A program made the translations under genes and the position numbers. The notes under the pieces are model-generated. The model saw only the letters and a list, made by a program, of their open reading frames with translations, was not told the origin of the DNA and ran no database searches. 64,000 nt of DNA, taken from NCBI GenBank assembly GCA_001949185.1, contig BDGG01000012.1, forward strand, positions 1,680,795-1,744,794, read 5' to 3'. Positions 38,272 through 52,334 of this stretch are shown in pieces (position 1 is the stretch's first letter; every line of letters begins with the position of its first letter). Source of the DNA: Ramazzottius varieornatus (Eukaryota; Animalia; Tardigrada).

Positions 38272-40381
38272 CCAAAAAGCGTTCACAAAAACGAGAAGTT
38301 ATGAATGAATTTGATTTGATTTCGATCAGTCTAGTCACCAACTACGTTGACTTTGTGAACGCAACAAGTAAATAACTAGCGTAGTATGCAATCCCCATTA
38401 TAAGTTGCCTACCAGACCTACTAACCAAAATGGGCTAATAAGTTCTCCTACCCGACTTTCGATCTCTCTTCCAGTTCTCAGCTGCGACATCGGAAATGTT
38501 CCAACAAACAACGGAGACTTAATGAACGCTGGTTTTCCGGAATCAAGTGGGCTACTTGCAGTTGTTCGTAATCCCGTCTACCACACCAACTTGCTTTTTC
38601 GAGCGTTCGCAAAGTTCACGTAGTTATTCACAATGATCTAGTCGTTCATAACAACCTAGTGGACTAAATGTAAGGTGTGTCTTAATCATAGTAGATGGGG
38701 CCACTTCTTCAGGCAGCATGCGAAGTCTGCTGCCACGTTCAGCACCTATCGATTTCCGAAATGAAATCTGTAGTTGCGGAGTTTTTGCGAGAGCTTCGCC
38801 CAAAAGGCTGGCCTTCCAGCGGAGCTTTAGAACTAATCATAGACCGCTTGAGTCATCGTGGAAAGCTGTTCGGGCATCTAAAGCCTTAAATTGGGGCAAA
38901 CTATGGCAAGCCTGAGCTTATGGCGGAAGATCAAAGAGAAATTTCTTGGCACCGAAAGTAGGCTCTACCCATTAATCGTCTGTTGTACGAACGCGTGCGC
39001 GATTGGACCACATATAAGCTATGGTACATACGCCACGTGAGCATCGCCAGCGACTGCTAGAACCTGGTACTGCAGCCAACCTGGTACACTAGCGGCCTGC
39101 TAACACTAGTTTTTTCCCAGCGGCCGACCCACTAAAACCAATGGTAAATTGAGCAACACCAATGGTTACCCGCCAGTGGTCAGTCTAGCAAGACCAATGG
39201 TCAACTTTTGGTAGTCAATCTAGTGACAGTAGCAAGACCCACGGTAATACCCTGTTGATCGTGCAGTGCCGTCAAGTAGTACTATCAACAGGGTTATCAA
39301 TTCCGTATTAATCAATACTCCCTATCAATACTTCCGTATTAATAATGACTAGTACAGAATTGATTGATCACATCCAAAATCACGACTTGGTAAAATTCCT
39401 AAAAAAATCGGGGAATCATCCTGAGTAAAGGATCGTGCTGTCTGGAGCTCGAGCTTCGTCTGTTGAGTTTGCGATTCAGAGTATCTTGAATAATTCTGAT
39501 ACTTGGTAGTAGTGTTATTTTTAGTCATTATAATAGGAAATCGATTTTCTAATATTGCGGTTCGCTTGATTGATTGATCCATAACAGGAAATCGAATTTC
39601 AATTTTAATAATTGAAATTCGTCAGTGATAATTGATTTTACTTGCACTGAGCTGATCACGTACACTTAACATTAGCACGTGACTTTTAATAATTTTAATT
39701 GCATAGTAAAATAACACTGCATGGGTGAAGACCTCTACCAAGTTGGTAGCGGTCTTCACCCATGGGAAGAACTTATCGGGCATCGAGGAGACTCTCCTTA
39801 TTTCTTCATTCAGTGTGTGGTCGTGGTTCTCAAAGAGAGAAAGTGATGCGTCGAACAGGTCTTCGCTACAATCGTGATCCCGAAGCTTCCGCTTGGTTCC
39901 TGTGAATGCAGTAATAATCATTATAAGAAATCGTCAGAGTCATATGAAGGTCGTACCAGGAAGGCTTTCGGAAATGCTATCGGATCGCTGAGAATCACAT
40001 TCATATCCCCTTCTTCCAGTCATATCATATTTATATCATATTCATACCATATTCATACCATATTCATATCGTTCCCCGGAATCAGCGTCCCGGGTGAACT
40101 GTAGATTAGTCAAAATTGGCGCCCATGGGTCAAAATCTCGCTGAGTGCTTCAACACGAGTAATCAAAGGCTGCGTGCCAATCAATTCAATGCTCAAGAAG
40201 CCCCTGAGACAGGGGCATTCCCCCGTAACAGGTCACGGTGTTTGTTGTGGTTCCTTTTACTTCAAAGTATTTCTAATTTTCTTATTCGGGCCAATTAGGA
40301 CTGTGTGGTCACTCACTGCGGAGCGATCTTCTTTGACTTTTTTCGTTTCAGCCATCTACTGCTCTTGTACTACGGTTCAAG

Positions 40382-43300
40382 ATGTCGACGTCATTCAAGA
40401 AGCCCTCAAAGAAGACTTTCAGGAGGAAACAGAACTCTGGCTCTGGGGACGAAGAGGAAAAGGCCAAATCGACGACGGAAGATCGTGGTGAAGCACCGCC
40501 GGAAGTTACATCGGCTTCAAACGCTGCTCCCGCCTCAAAGTATGTTGAGATCACTCTGGATGAAGAGATCGAGAAACATGAAGTAGTACAGCCATTGAAA
40601 TCCGCTTCTTCGAAACTCAGCTTTGAGGATGAAGAAGGTATGCCGGAAGTTGACGTAGTAAAACCTAACCACTGTCACGCTAGTCTTTGTCAGAATGAGG
40701 ATGTTGTTGTTTTCTTACAGACGAAAGCGAGGAATTTCAGGTCAAGAAATCCAACAGAAGCCGTAAGATAGCCCAGAAGCTCAAGGAGGAGTGGAAGGGC
40801 AGTCAGCAAAAAGAAACAACGGAAAATTTCCAGAATATGAAAATCAGTGGCTTTCAACAGGTATCTCTGGTCCCAGGGCCCATGTCCAGTCGGTGACTTT
40901 ACTGTTGGCATGCCGGTGGTAGACTGCCTCTTATACATACTTTTCATTTAGGTGACAGCTCCAAAGGATGAAACTCCGGAAATCTTGCTCGGAGACGACG
41001 TGGACGATGCTGGATTGCACGACTATCGTCCTCCCGGAGCGGTGCATTCTCGTAAGTGGAACGGCGCAATAGTATAAGAGCAAAAGCAACAGCGCGTGTG
41101 ATTTATGTTTATACGAACTTCTTACGAAGGAGGTGGGATTCCCGATAGCAAACAGATCGCTTTAGCCAAGAAGAAGAGAGAAGAAGCTCGAAAAGGCGAA
41201 GAGTACGTTCCGCTGGACGTTACAGAACGCGTCAGCGACAACAAATCACGACTCGTTCGGTATGCAAACACTTACACGCCTTTCTTACCGTGTTCGAACC
41301 TCGTCGAGATACCCGAAGTCGCTGGTTGCAGGGAAGACGATAACGACCTTAGCGATGAGGATGCAGAAATCATCATGCCGAGCACGTCCGGAAACTACCT
41401 TGGCTCCCGACGCAAGGAAGAGGAACTCCGGCAACGGAACCGAGACTTTTACGAACTCGATGAAAGGATGGGTGCGAGTACCTATCTTCATTTCCGTTCG
41501 AAGTGGTTATTACCGTCATAACTTTGGTGTTTTTTTTCCACAGCACAAACTCTCGAGGAAAGTGACGACGAGATCCAACGGTGGGAGGAAGCTCAGTTAC
41601 GGAAAGGTGTCACTCTTCCCCAGGTAAGTGTATTTGTTCTTTTCGTGAAGTGAAAAGTATGTAGCAGTTATCTTTTTTCTTAGATCCAAGCGCTGTCAGA
41701 AGAAATGAACAAGCCTGTCGATCTAAACTCGTATCAACAGTATATGTATACGCCTCAGTACGATGAGACTACCTATCAACCGGAAGGATACAGCATGAAC
41801 CCGTCGGGACACTATACAAGCGTATCGTCGACGGTGGAGGAGGTTAGACGCAAGATCAAGAATCGGTAAGTAGGTTAGTATAATAAACTAGCGAATCTTG
41901 AAGGACCGCATACAATGTAAGCATAATGCTGAACCTTCGTTGCAGGATGGAGCTGGCAAAAGAACAACAACGGCGGCACACTCTAGATCTGGAGAAAGTG
42001 AACAGCGACTTAGAGCACTGCAACAAATCAGTAGGGAGCCTAACACTGGAGCTAGAAAGCGCGTCCTTCGAGTACAAATTCTACCAGGAAGTACGTGGTT
42101 TTGTCTGGGACGTTGTTGATTGCTACAACAGCAAGGTAAGCTGCTTTCTTGCTGCGTTGCAGTAGTGTTTCCGATTTCCCTTTCGGTATTTTGGCATGCT
42201 TATCATTGCTCACAGTAGTTCATGTATATGTTCTGCTTTTCCAGCTTCCACAAATCGCAAACGCCGAGAACGAACTTCTTGCTTCATGGAAGAAGACGCA
42301 CCAGGCCAGAGTGGATTCACGCCAACAGTACATCAAAGACAAATCCGACGATATCAGCGGGAAAACTTGTGGGTAATTTGCATGACTTTCAGACGGTCCT
42401 TCTCCTTCTGAATCGTTACAGTTGCGCCCTTTGCCTCGAAGTCCCGATGGGTTTGATTGCAACGGGACTAAACTGTTTCTGTTTCGACAGCTCTGGATTC
42501 GTTGGTCAACGTCAAGCTTATCAACGAACGGAAGTCTCGTCTGATGGACTATTACGAACGAAGGTACGTCTTGAACCGTACCAGCTAACCATCTTACCAC
42601 GTTATCTGAGTTCTGGTATCCATCAGGAAGTCGTTTGCCGTTGCTCATGGGATGGCAGAGTCGGAAGTCAGCCTGGATGAAGCTGAAACTTTCGGTGATA
42701 AACATACAGGTTTGCCGACGCCGAATATAGTTTATACTTTATATTCTCGTTTATGAGATAGGTGTTCCTCTTTGTGTAAGTGGTAATTTTTTACTGTAGT
42801 AGATGCCATTCTTGCCACGGTGTCCGACCTGTTCCAAGACACTGTTGAAGATTTCAAAAGCATCCCAGACGTGGTCAAACGCTTCGCGCAATGGCGTTGC
42901 GAATGTTTCCAGTCATACAGCGATGCCTGGATAGCGCATTGCTTCCCCAAACTGGTTGCTCCACTTGTTCGCTATCAGCTTCTCAGCTGGAATCCGTTAG
43001 AGCTGAACTCCACGAAGGATGTAACAGAGATGTCTTGGTTCAAGTGCATGATGCCGCTGCTTTTCGGAGGGAAGATGAACCCGGAAGTGAAGTCTTCGGA
43101 TCCAGACGTTAGAGTAATACCGATCATTGTTGAAGATGTCGTCTTCTCCAAACTTACAGGTAATGTTTTACCCACGATAGACCAAACTTGTTTTTCTCTG
43201 CAGGGATATTTCTTTTTCATTACAGCCCTTCTTGACGTTTGGGACCCGTTGTCTTCATTCCAGACACGGCAGCTTGTCGGTTTCCTCCAGCAGACTTTCA

Positions 43301-44229
43301 AGACTTTTCCTGTGATCGACAAGAAACGGAAACCCGTTGAGGTAAGTGGTGTACGCACGATGCTTTACCATCATGCTTACGCCAGCACGATTACGGTGAC
43401 ATTACAAGTTCAAGGCTTACACACTTTACCATTTCAGGAGCTGTTTCGAGCAATTGTTCAGCGACTAAGACTGGCTATTGAAGATGATGTTTACCTGCCG
43501 CTGTATTCCCAGAGGTACTGTTGCACAAGGGTATTGCCTTTGTTCCGATGTCTGCAGTTGATACTAGGTTCGATACCGAGTTCTTTTAGGCTGTTGGAAT
43601 CGGACGCGGAAGCAGCGAGGTTTGCAGCTGAGCAGTACCGATCGGCTTTCAAGGTACGTCGTTGGTTTTCTTGAGAGTTCCTTGTTTCTTGTAAAAGCTA
43701 AGAGATATATATTTCCGGATTATTCCAGCTCTTTTGCAATGCGATGTTGTTTCACGGCATCTTGTCGAACTCGATCTTGGTGGAGTTAGCCATCGAGCGG
43801 CTTCTGAACCGCTACCTGCTAACACCCATCAGGAACTCTCACAACACATCGGAAAGTGTCCAGCGGTGCCTCGCGGTAAGAGCTTGCGCACATACTCCGT
43901 GCCATCACGGCGATCAATGTAATGTTGGATTCCCCGTAGATCGCCCAGAAGATACCAGAGGATCGGCTGCAAGCTGAATTTGCGGATTCGCTGGCTGTGC
44001 CGAAGTACCTCCAGCAGTTCTGCCATGCTGCTGCCAACTTGGGCAAGAAGAACCCGAACAGGTCCGTGATCAGCGATAAGTAATGCCAGATTTCTCATTA
44101 GCTGCAGCTGACGTGCTGATTGTTTCATGTAGGGAGGAAGTCAGTAGCCTGGCGCGAGCGCTTATGCAACTGAGAGACTTTGACAGAGCGGAAGAAATGG
44201 AAAAGCAGCTACCGAGATTTAAGTCATGA
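40382..44229 (+). CDS. PAXBP1: PAX3/PAX7-binding protein 1 / GCFC (Ntr2-like) splicing factor
   Basis: 'KLSFEDEE', 'IPDSKQIALAKKKRE', 'SRLVREDDNDLSDED', 'RWEEAQLRKG', 'LFQDTVEDF..F..WR..SYSDA..LVRYQLLSWNPL', 'WDPLSS'. Confidence 0.88.
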
Positions 44230-44542
44230 AGACAGATCCAGCGAGTTTGGCTTTTTCTTTTTGTATCACGAGTTCGTTGTTAAGTTGAATTTGGTTTTTT
44301 ATTTGGAAACAAATGTGACTATCGCGTCGAGAACGTCTCTGAAACAGCCATACAAGGTAACAGGTGCTTTTCCGAAGTCCATTCCCGATTCCGGCAAAGC
44401 ATCACAACCAAACAGAAATGAATTTGACTGACTTATCGTCAGTTCCACGTACAGTGCAATTGCCAACTACATGGCCCAAGTTTTGAATACTGCACAGATA
44501 ACCATTTCGTAAGTCTTGAAACAAATTTACAGTCTTCCCGAG

Positions 44543-45488
<946 letters not shown>

Positions 45489-46402
45489 GACGGCAAAGAG
45501 GAAATGCGCAGCAGAAGTGTCGACGGCGATAGCTTAATAAGCACTCAGCGCATCAAATGAACGAAATTAGTCCGACGATAAGTGGAAACGTGCGATCGAC
45601 AGATGGGCAGAGAATCTCGAACGGGATCGATTTTTCTGCTCTTCTGTCCTGCGGGTTATTCCTGCATCTGCATTCATCACTGTCAAGAGAAATGATTCCA
45701 GAACATTATGTTTGTCATTCATGAGCTGATGGATGAAAGAAGACTCACGTGTAAACGGACTGTAATCGAGATTAACAAACCAGACAAATTCCGCAGATTG
45801 AAACACGGTGGGAACACATAGTCGACCTCTAGCATCCTAGCTCTAAGACTTGAAGGATCCGATCGGACAAGGCTAAGTTAGTTGACAAAGGGGATGCTTC
45901 GGATCCAGACTTCCGAGAGCATCAAAGTCCAGGTCGAAGGACACCTTGATGGTTGGCCCCACGACAGCTTACTTGCAAGCTTCAGTCGTCTGCAATAGGT
46001 TCCGATGGACCTGATCAAGATCCAACAGATTGAAGAACGATCAGAGAGAATGGATAGAAAGAAGATCCTCCAATGCGACGAATAGAGAATTGGAGGTCAT
46101 CAGTCTCTCTAAAAACCCCGTGCGCACGCCCAGGGCGGTAGTGCGACCTTCAAGTCCTGATTGAGTGATTCAACTGATTCAGTGATTCCTGAAGGGAGCC
46201 CAAGAGTTTTCGGAACTTGGGAGGCGTCGAGCCTGAAGGGGTGAAGGCTGAACGGAACTTACACAACAGTGTACAGATTGCGAGCCAAAGCGCACTAGCA
46301 CAATTCGATACGTACAGGAACACCGTGACATCATATGTAAACATTGTGCGCCTCTTTCAACACAGAGCCTACGAGATAACTTGTTCCTATGATGTCACGA
46401 TG

Positions 46403-46452
46403 NNNNNNNNNNNNNNNNNNNNNNNNNNNNNNNNNNNNNNNNNNNNNNNNNN
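46403..46452. other. Assembly gap (50 N)
   Basis: Run of N. Confidence 1.
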
Positions 46453-47641
46453 GCTTTCGCTCGCAATCTGTATAGGCTCAACTTAGAGAAGCGAGCGGCG
46501 AGCCAGGGGCAAGTCCCTCTGAACTAGGGGTGATTTTCGAATTAGAATGATTTTCACCGAAAAAAATCATTCCGAGAAGTTGTTCCGACGCGATGTGGTA
46601 GTTAAAACGTCAACATCCCTAATCCTGTTTCCGATTCCGGAACCGCGATGATCTGAGAAAGAGCTTGTCACCAGGAATCTGTTTGCCTCTAAGTGGCAGA
46701 TACTGCGGACGGGCGAGTTTTGAACCGTCTTGATTGCAACAAGGAACATTGTACCTGTCCAGTTCGTTGAACTTGGACTACTTCAACGCCACATACTTCC
46801 AAGTTCGAATCTTTGGTCACCTTCCACTCCTGAATCATCTCGTCTTGTTAACCTGTCGTAAGTACTAATACCTCCACGGTCGCTCAGAAGGGTCACGGTC
46901 GGAAAAGCTAACAAGCTTTCGCTCCCGCACAATGTTAATTGGGACAGTGAAGATATCATTAATTGCTCTTTATATGTTCGCAGGGAGTTGAACTGTCGGA
47001 AGAGTATACTCCGTAAACCCACTTTCACATGATTCATACCTCGACTGTGCTTCGAACCATCTAGATCCACGTAAGTTTACCTTTACCGTCGTAGGTCTGA
47101 TTCTGTGGGAAGTGAGAAAGCTGCGGTGGTGGTTGTCCCAGTCTGGCAGTCTCGATTATAAGGCTGCTAAATCATGTTGCGCATGTATAGCCGAACGCAC
47201 AGCAGTTCGCATCCCAAAACACCAACGTGATGTTCGTCTGCTCGTATCCATCACAGTGCTCAGTGCCTGGTACAGTTTTTGGTTATGTCGGAATGCAGTC
47301 TCTGTTTCCACATTTCGATGGCGAGGGTATTGTGATGTTGGCGTGCTGTCTGATGGGCGTCAGAGCGACTATTTATGGTCAATATGGAAGATTCCCTACC
47401 CCTCTTGAGTATCGTCATCAAGATATCGAAGTGATTAAGGGATATAGATAAACACTTCCCGGTGCCATGCTAGCCCACTTCCGCGACTTAACGACGGGAA
47501 GCGTAGAGGGAAGAATTAACCGCTAAGCGGCTTGTTTTCGCGTGACATCCCTCCCTTTTTCGTCATAATATTTATGTATACTCACACTACAATCTTTTCT
47601 TGTGCAGCATCGAGAGTACGAGACTGGAGGTTGACTAAGTG

Positions 47642-50202
47642 ATGGCCGTCGTTTCTGATTCCTTCCCCGTTTCTCCACAACACAGGATGATCCCGGGACC
47701 AATAGACGGCTCGTTCGATGGAGCTTCATTCTCCTCGCACCAAGCTAGCTCAGGTTCGACCAGTTCTGGTACATCGGATGGAAGTTCTCCGCGATCGGAC
47801 CCGAAAGCGGCTTCGGCTGAACAGGATGGAATCGTTCCGGATACAGCGGATTCGGAGAACCGAAGGACTTCATCGGACGTTCAAGATAGAGCTGCTGATC
47901 CACCGAAGCTTCCTGTTACAACTAAGAGGACTCCTGATGACTTCATTTTTGAAAAAGTCATTGGCGAAGGATCGTTCTCCACAGTATGAGTGATGATCGA
48001 GTTCCACTTCCGGTCTGACAGTATTTTCATGGGTTACTTATCACATTGCTATTCTAGGTATATTTGGCTCGCGATATTCACACGTCGAAACAATGGGCCA
48101 GTAAGTGCCGAAGACGCCGCTTTCAGCTGGTCTGAATTATGACCAGAGTAGGTAGTTTTTTCTAACCAGCGTCTCCTGTTTTATTCGTGAACAGTTAAAG
48201 TATGCGAAAAGATGCACATCAAGCGGGAAAAAAAGGAGAAGTCCATCATGCGTGAGAAGGAGATTATGCAGCTGCTAGGTCTCCATCCTAGCCCATTTTT
48301 CGTCAAGCTCTTCTGCAGCTTTCCCGATCAATATCGCTTATGTGAGTATTTTCTGTGGGTATTTTGTGTCGATATATAGACTAGGTTTCTTTCTTGGTTT
48401 TGACACATGTCTCGATGCCGTGACGTTAATTTTGCTGTTGCAGATTTCGTGATGACATACGCCAAGAACGGTGAGATATTGCCGTATATTCACAAAGTGG
48501 GCTGCTTCGATGCCGAGTGCACCAAATTCTACGGAGGAGAAGTAATACTAGCCCTAGAGCATCTTCACAAGCTTGGCATCATCCATAGGTTAGTCGAAAC
48601 GTGAATACATGATACATCCCAACATTCAGGAAGATTTTTACCGTTCGGCTATCAAAATGTGTTGTATCGCAGGGATTTGAAGCCGGAGAACATTCTGCTC
48701 AATGAGCATATGCATATCCTGATCACGGACTTCGGCTCTGCAAAGCTGGACAATCTGCCAGACGTAGTGGAGGTCGCTGCTTCTAGCGGTGATGAAGATC
48801 TTCCTGGAGCGCGACCACGGAGGAACTCCTTCGTGGGTACTGCAGACTATGTGTCTCCCGAACTCCTTACGAATAAAGACGCCACTAGAACGTAAGTGAA
48901 ATTTTGGTGGTTTCCCATTCTCAGTTGCTAACGTGGTATGTTATTTACTTCTCCAGTGTCGACTTATGGGCCCTCGGATGCTTTTTATACCAGCTCTTGG
49001 CTGGACTTCCGCCTTTCCGAGCACCGTAAGTCCACTGCGCGTACTGATGTGGGCAAAAATTCCGTGTTGGGTATTTACACATCACCCGCTTTTATACAGG
49101 AATGAGTATCTTATATTTCAAAAGATTATCAAGCTGGAGTATAGCTTCCCCGATGGATTCAACCCGGTTGCGAAAGATTTAGTAGCGAAGTTGCTGGTGC
49201 GAAAGAAACGTGACTGGTGTTGTGTTCGACCGGTGTTTTCTGTATGTGGAAGTTTTGTTCGTGTTTTTCAGGTGAAAAATTCGAAGGAACGTTTGGGCTC
49301 AGATGCTATGGGTGGTTACCCGGTTCTCAAAAGCCATCCGTTCTTCGAAGAACTGGAATGGGAAACACTGCATACCATAAAGCCACCAGCCATCACGCCC
49401 TATCTTCCAGCAAGTGGTGATAACGAAGAGCTCCGCAGTGACATTGTGGTTCGTGACTCGCTGGTTCTTAGATTCTACTTGGGGACCTTCACCTTGTCCA
49501 TTTTAGATATCGCCAAACATCAAGCCTGGATTCGATGAGAAGCAGCTTAGCCGCTTGCTGGACCTCCAGCTGCGAGAAGGAAGTGGCCTCAAGCCTTCGG
49601 ACTCTAAGAGCAATGACTCGGGTGGTGCCAAAGGAACTATCCTGGACATCTCGCCCGAAGACTATGCCGAACGTCTAGCGGTACAAGCCAAGAACAACCA
49701 GTGGCATCCATTTGTAGACAACCACCTCATATTGAAACAAGGTTTTATAGACAAGAGGAAGGTTAGCGTCAGTCGTTTTTCTGGATCACGAAAGCAACTC
49801 TTCACTGGTGTTTTCGTAGGGTTTGTTTGCCAGAAGGCGGATGTTCCTTCTTACCACAGGTCCGCACTTTTACTATGTGGACCCAGTGAGTATGGTACTC
49901 AAAGGGGAGATTCCATGGTCCGCTAACATGAGACCGGAACCTAAGAATTTCAAAACCTTCTTCGTACACACGGTAAGAATTTGAACGGGCTTTCTTGATT
50001 CCTGCGGACTGTGAGTATAATACTGTGATTGTTAGTCGAATATGCATTGTAGCCTAATAGGACGTACTACCTCGAAGATCAGCAGGGCTACGCTTTGGAA
50101 TGGTGTCGTGTTCTAGAGGAAGTCCGTGCGTTGACGTTCGACAAACGAGTCGGCAGCTCTGAGCAAGGCAAAGAGACGAAGGAGCTGAAAAATTCGATCT
50201 AG
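47642..50202 (+). CDS. PDPK1: 3-phosphoinositide-dependent protein kinase 1
   Basis: 'IGEGSFSTV', '[10 protein letters not shown]', 'TDFGSAK', '[14 protein letters not shown]'; PH domain '[38 protein letters not shown]'. Confidence 0.96.
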
Positions 50203-50507
50203 TTATTGATAACGTTTTAGTTTTTAATACAACCTCTCCCCTTTTTTCTGCGGTTTTCATGAGTTTTCTTGTGGGCAAAACAAAAGGGACCTGTTCATAG
50301 TTTATTTATTTATTGTCGTGTTTCTCGTAATGACAACCTTGAAGATAGAGTTTTTCTTTTTGGTGTTTGCATAAAGGTTGTCATGGACGGAGGTCACCGG
50401 AAGTGAGAAGTGGATGAGGTTTCGAAATGCTGATTTGGTTTTCTCTGTGTTGTGATTTTTGGCTTCATGGTATGAGCTAAGGATGTGGGGAACCTAATGT
50501 GCGAAAC

Positions 50508-51960
50508 ATGCTTAGGAGACTTACTAAATTTAATAAGCCGGGAGGGGAGCCTTTTGGGAATAATAATGGACCAAGCGCTGGCATTACCATGCCGGACACG
50601 GCTAACGCCTCAGCGGCCATGCAGGGTATTAATCCCCAGATGAATTTTGCCTACGAGTACAGTGCCGTCATGACGGAGCACGGAAGGAACGATCAGGAAC
50701 TACGTGCTAACTTGCGCACCAAGATCGAGCAGATTCAGATTTGTCGCGAAGAAATAAAACGGCTACGGAACAGGTGAGTGAGTGCTGTTCTTTCTTCTTC
50801 TAATGTAAAACGATGCTACGGATATCTTTTCGCTCAGTTTCCACAGTTATCGTCGTCGTTGCACTTCTCATAGAGTGTAGAATGGTTTGGCCTTAGTTCA
50901 GTGGAAATAAATTTTTCGCAAAAACAGTTTGGTGTAAATTCCATGTTGAAATATGACGTTGTGGGGTTATAGACTGAGTGCGGGAACCAGAGAGAAGTTA
51001 GAAAAGCTAGGTGTACTGATGGACATGGATCTCCGGACCAAAGACTTAGAGAGTGTTCTAAGTCGAGAGCTTCAAGCGCGAGATCAGGTAGACGCTGAAG
51101 TGAACTCCACCGAGCACCGTCTGAGCAAGGCCAAGGAAAAGAAGAGCACCCTCGACATGAAAGACAAATACACCTTCCAGCTACAACAAAGGGTGCATGA
51201 GGAACTTTCAGCTTCTATGAGAGGATACAACGAGGCTTATTCGACTGTGATGTGCGAGAAGATGCGCTGTCTGGAGATATGGCACAGTGTCCATCAGAAC
51301 TTCCTGGAGATGACCGCGGCAATTGTGGACTCGCAACAAAAAGCCATGCAAGCCTTCGCAGCCGTTTCTGTGAAGTTCAAACGAGTAAAAACTGCCCGCG
51401 ATCAGTTATCTTCAGAACTCAAAAACTACAAAGAAGAGACTACCAGAGAGAAGGAACAGATGTTAATGGAGCAAAGAGACCGGAAGGCTCACGATGAGGC
51501 GAAACTACAGAAATACAAGGACCACTTACATCGCTGTCTCGTGAACAGAGACCTCAAGTACGAAACTGTTTTAGAGTCGAAGGACCACCTAGTAGCTAGG
51601 CTCAAAGAACAGATTGACAATCTGCATACTGTGTTTCGGATAATGGAAGCAGCTGGTATTCACGCAGGGAAGGAATTCGAGACACTTATTGAACTACGGA
51701 CGAACAATCCCAAACATACCCTTTCGGAAGATACCATGAAACTTGTGAAAGCCATGCCTTTCGAAACTGAATATGTTTACCATTTGGACAAGATTCAAAA
51801 GCAGCTTTCCGATTATATTTTCTGCATGCATGAAATCGACAAGAAGCGGGAGATATTATTACGGGATCGGGCTATACTCATGGGCCAGGATCCCATGCAT
51901 CCTGGTATAGGTCCTCCGCCCACTTACAAAGACCCGAACGTCAACAGTACGGATCGCTGA
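50508..51960 (+). CDS. Uncharacterised all-helical coiled-coil protein (~410 aa, 2 exons)
   Basis: ORF ~50508-50773 joins ~50973-51960 at GT-AG; long, charged, helix-like composition; no recognised motif. Confidence 0.65.
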
Positions 51961-52334
51961 AACGTCTCTTCCCTTCTCTTCCTCATTTTTGTTAAAACTT
52001 GTTGTTCTCCTACCTCATCCCGCAGTTTCGGATCTTCTAGTCCCGCCTTGTATATTTTCTCAATGCTCGTTGCGGATCACCGATTCAGTGGTCGTCTCAT
52101 TGTCTTATCTTTTACGCCATGTGTCCTACTGTATGACATGGAAAAAAGTTGAAGCAAAATGCCAAACGACAATGACAGATAAGGTGACTGACAAGCGTCC
52201 AAATTACTGGACCCAGAGGAAGATGTTCAACAAACGTTTTCACGTTGAGAGGTGAAAAGAAACCTCTTCGGTTCAGCACAAAGAGCGACAAGTTACAGGA
52301 GTGTGAAGCTTACTATCGAAAAACAACAAAACTA

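Noticed and set aside
46321-46402. Inverted repeat CGTGACATCATA...TATGATGTCACG abutting the gap
   Set aside because: Probably a small MITE, but the right flank is N so TSD and extent cannot be verified.
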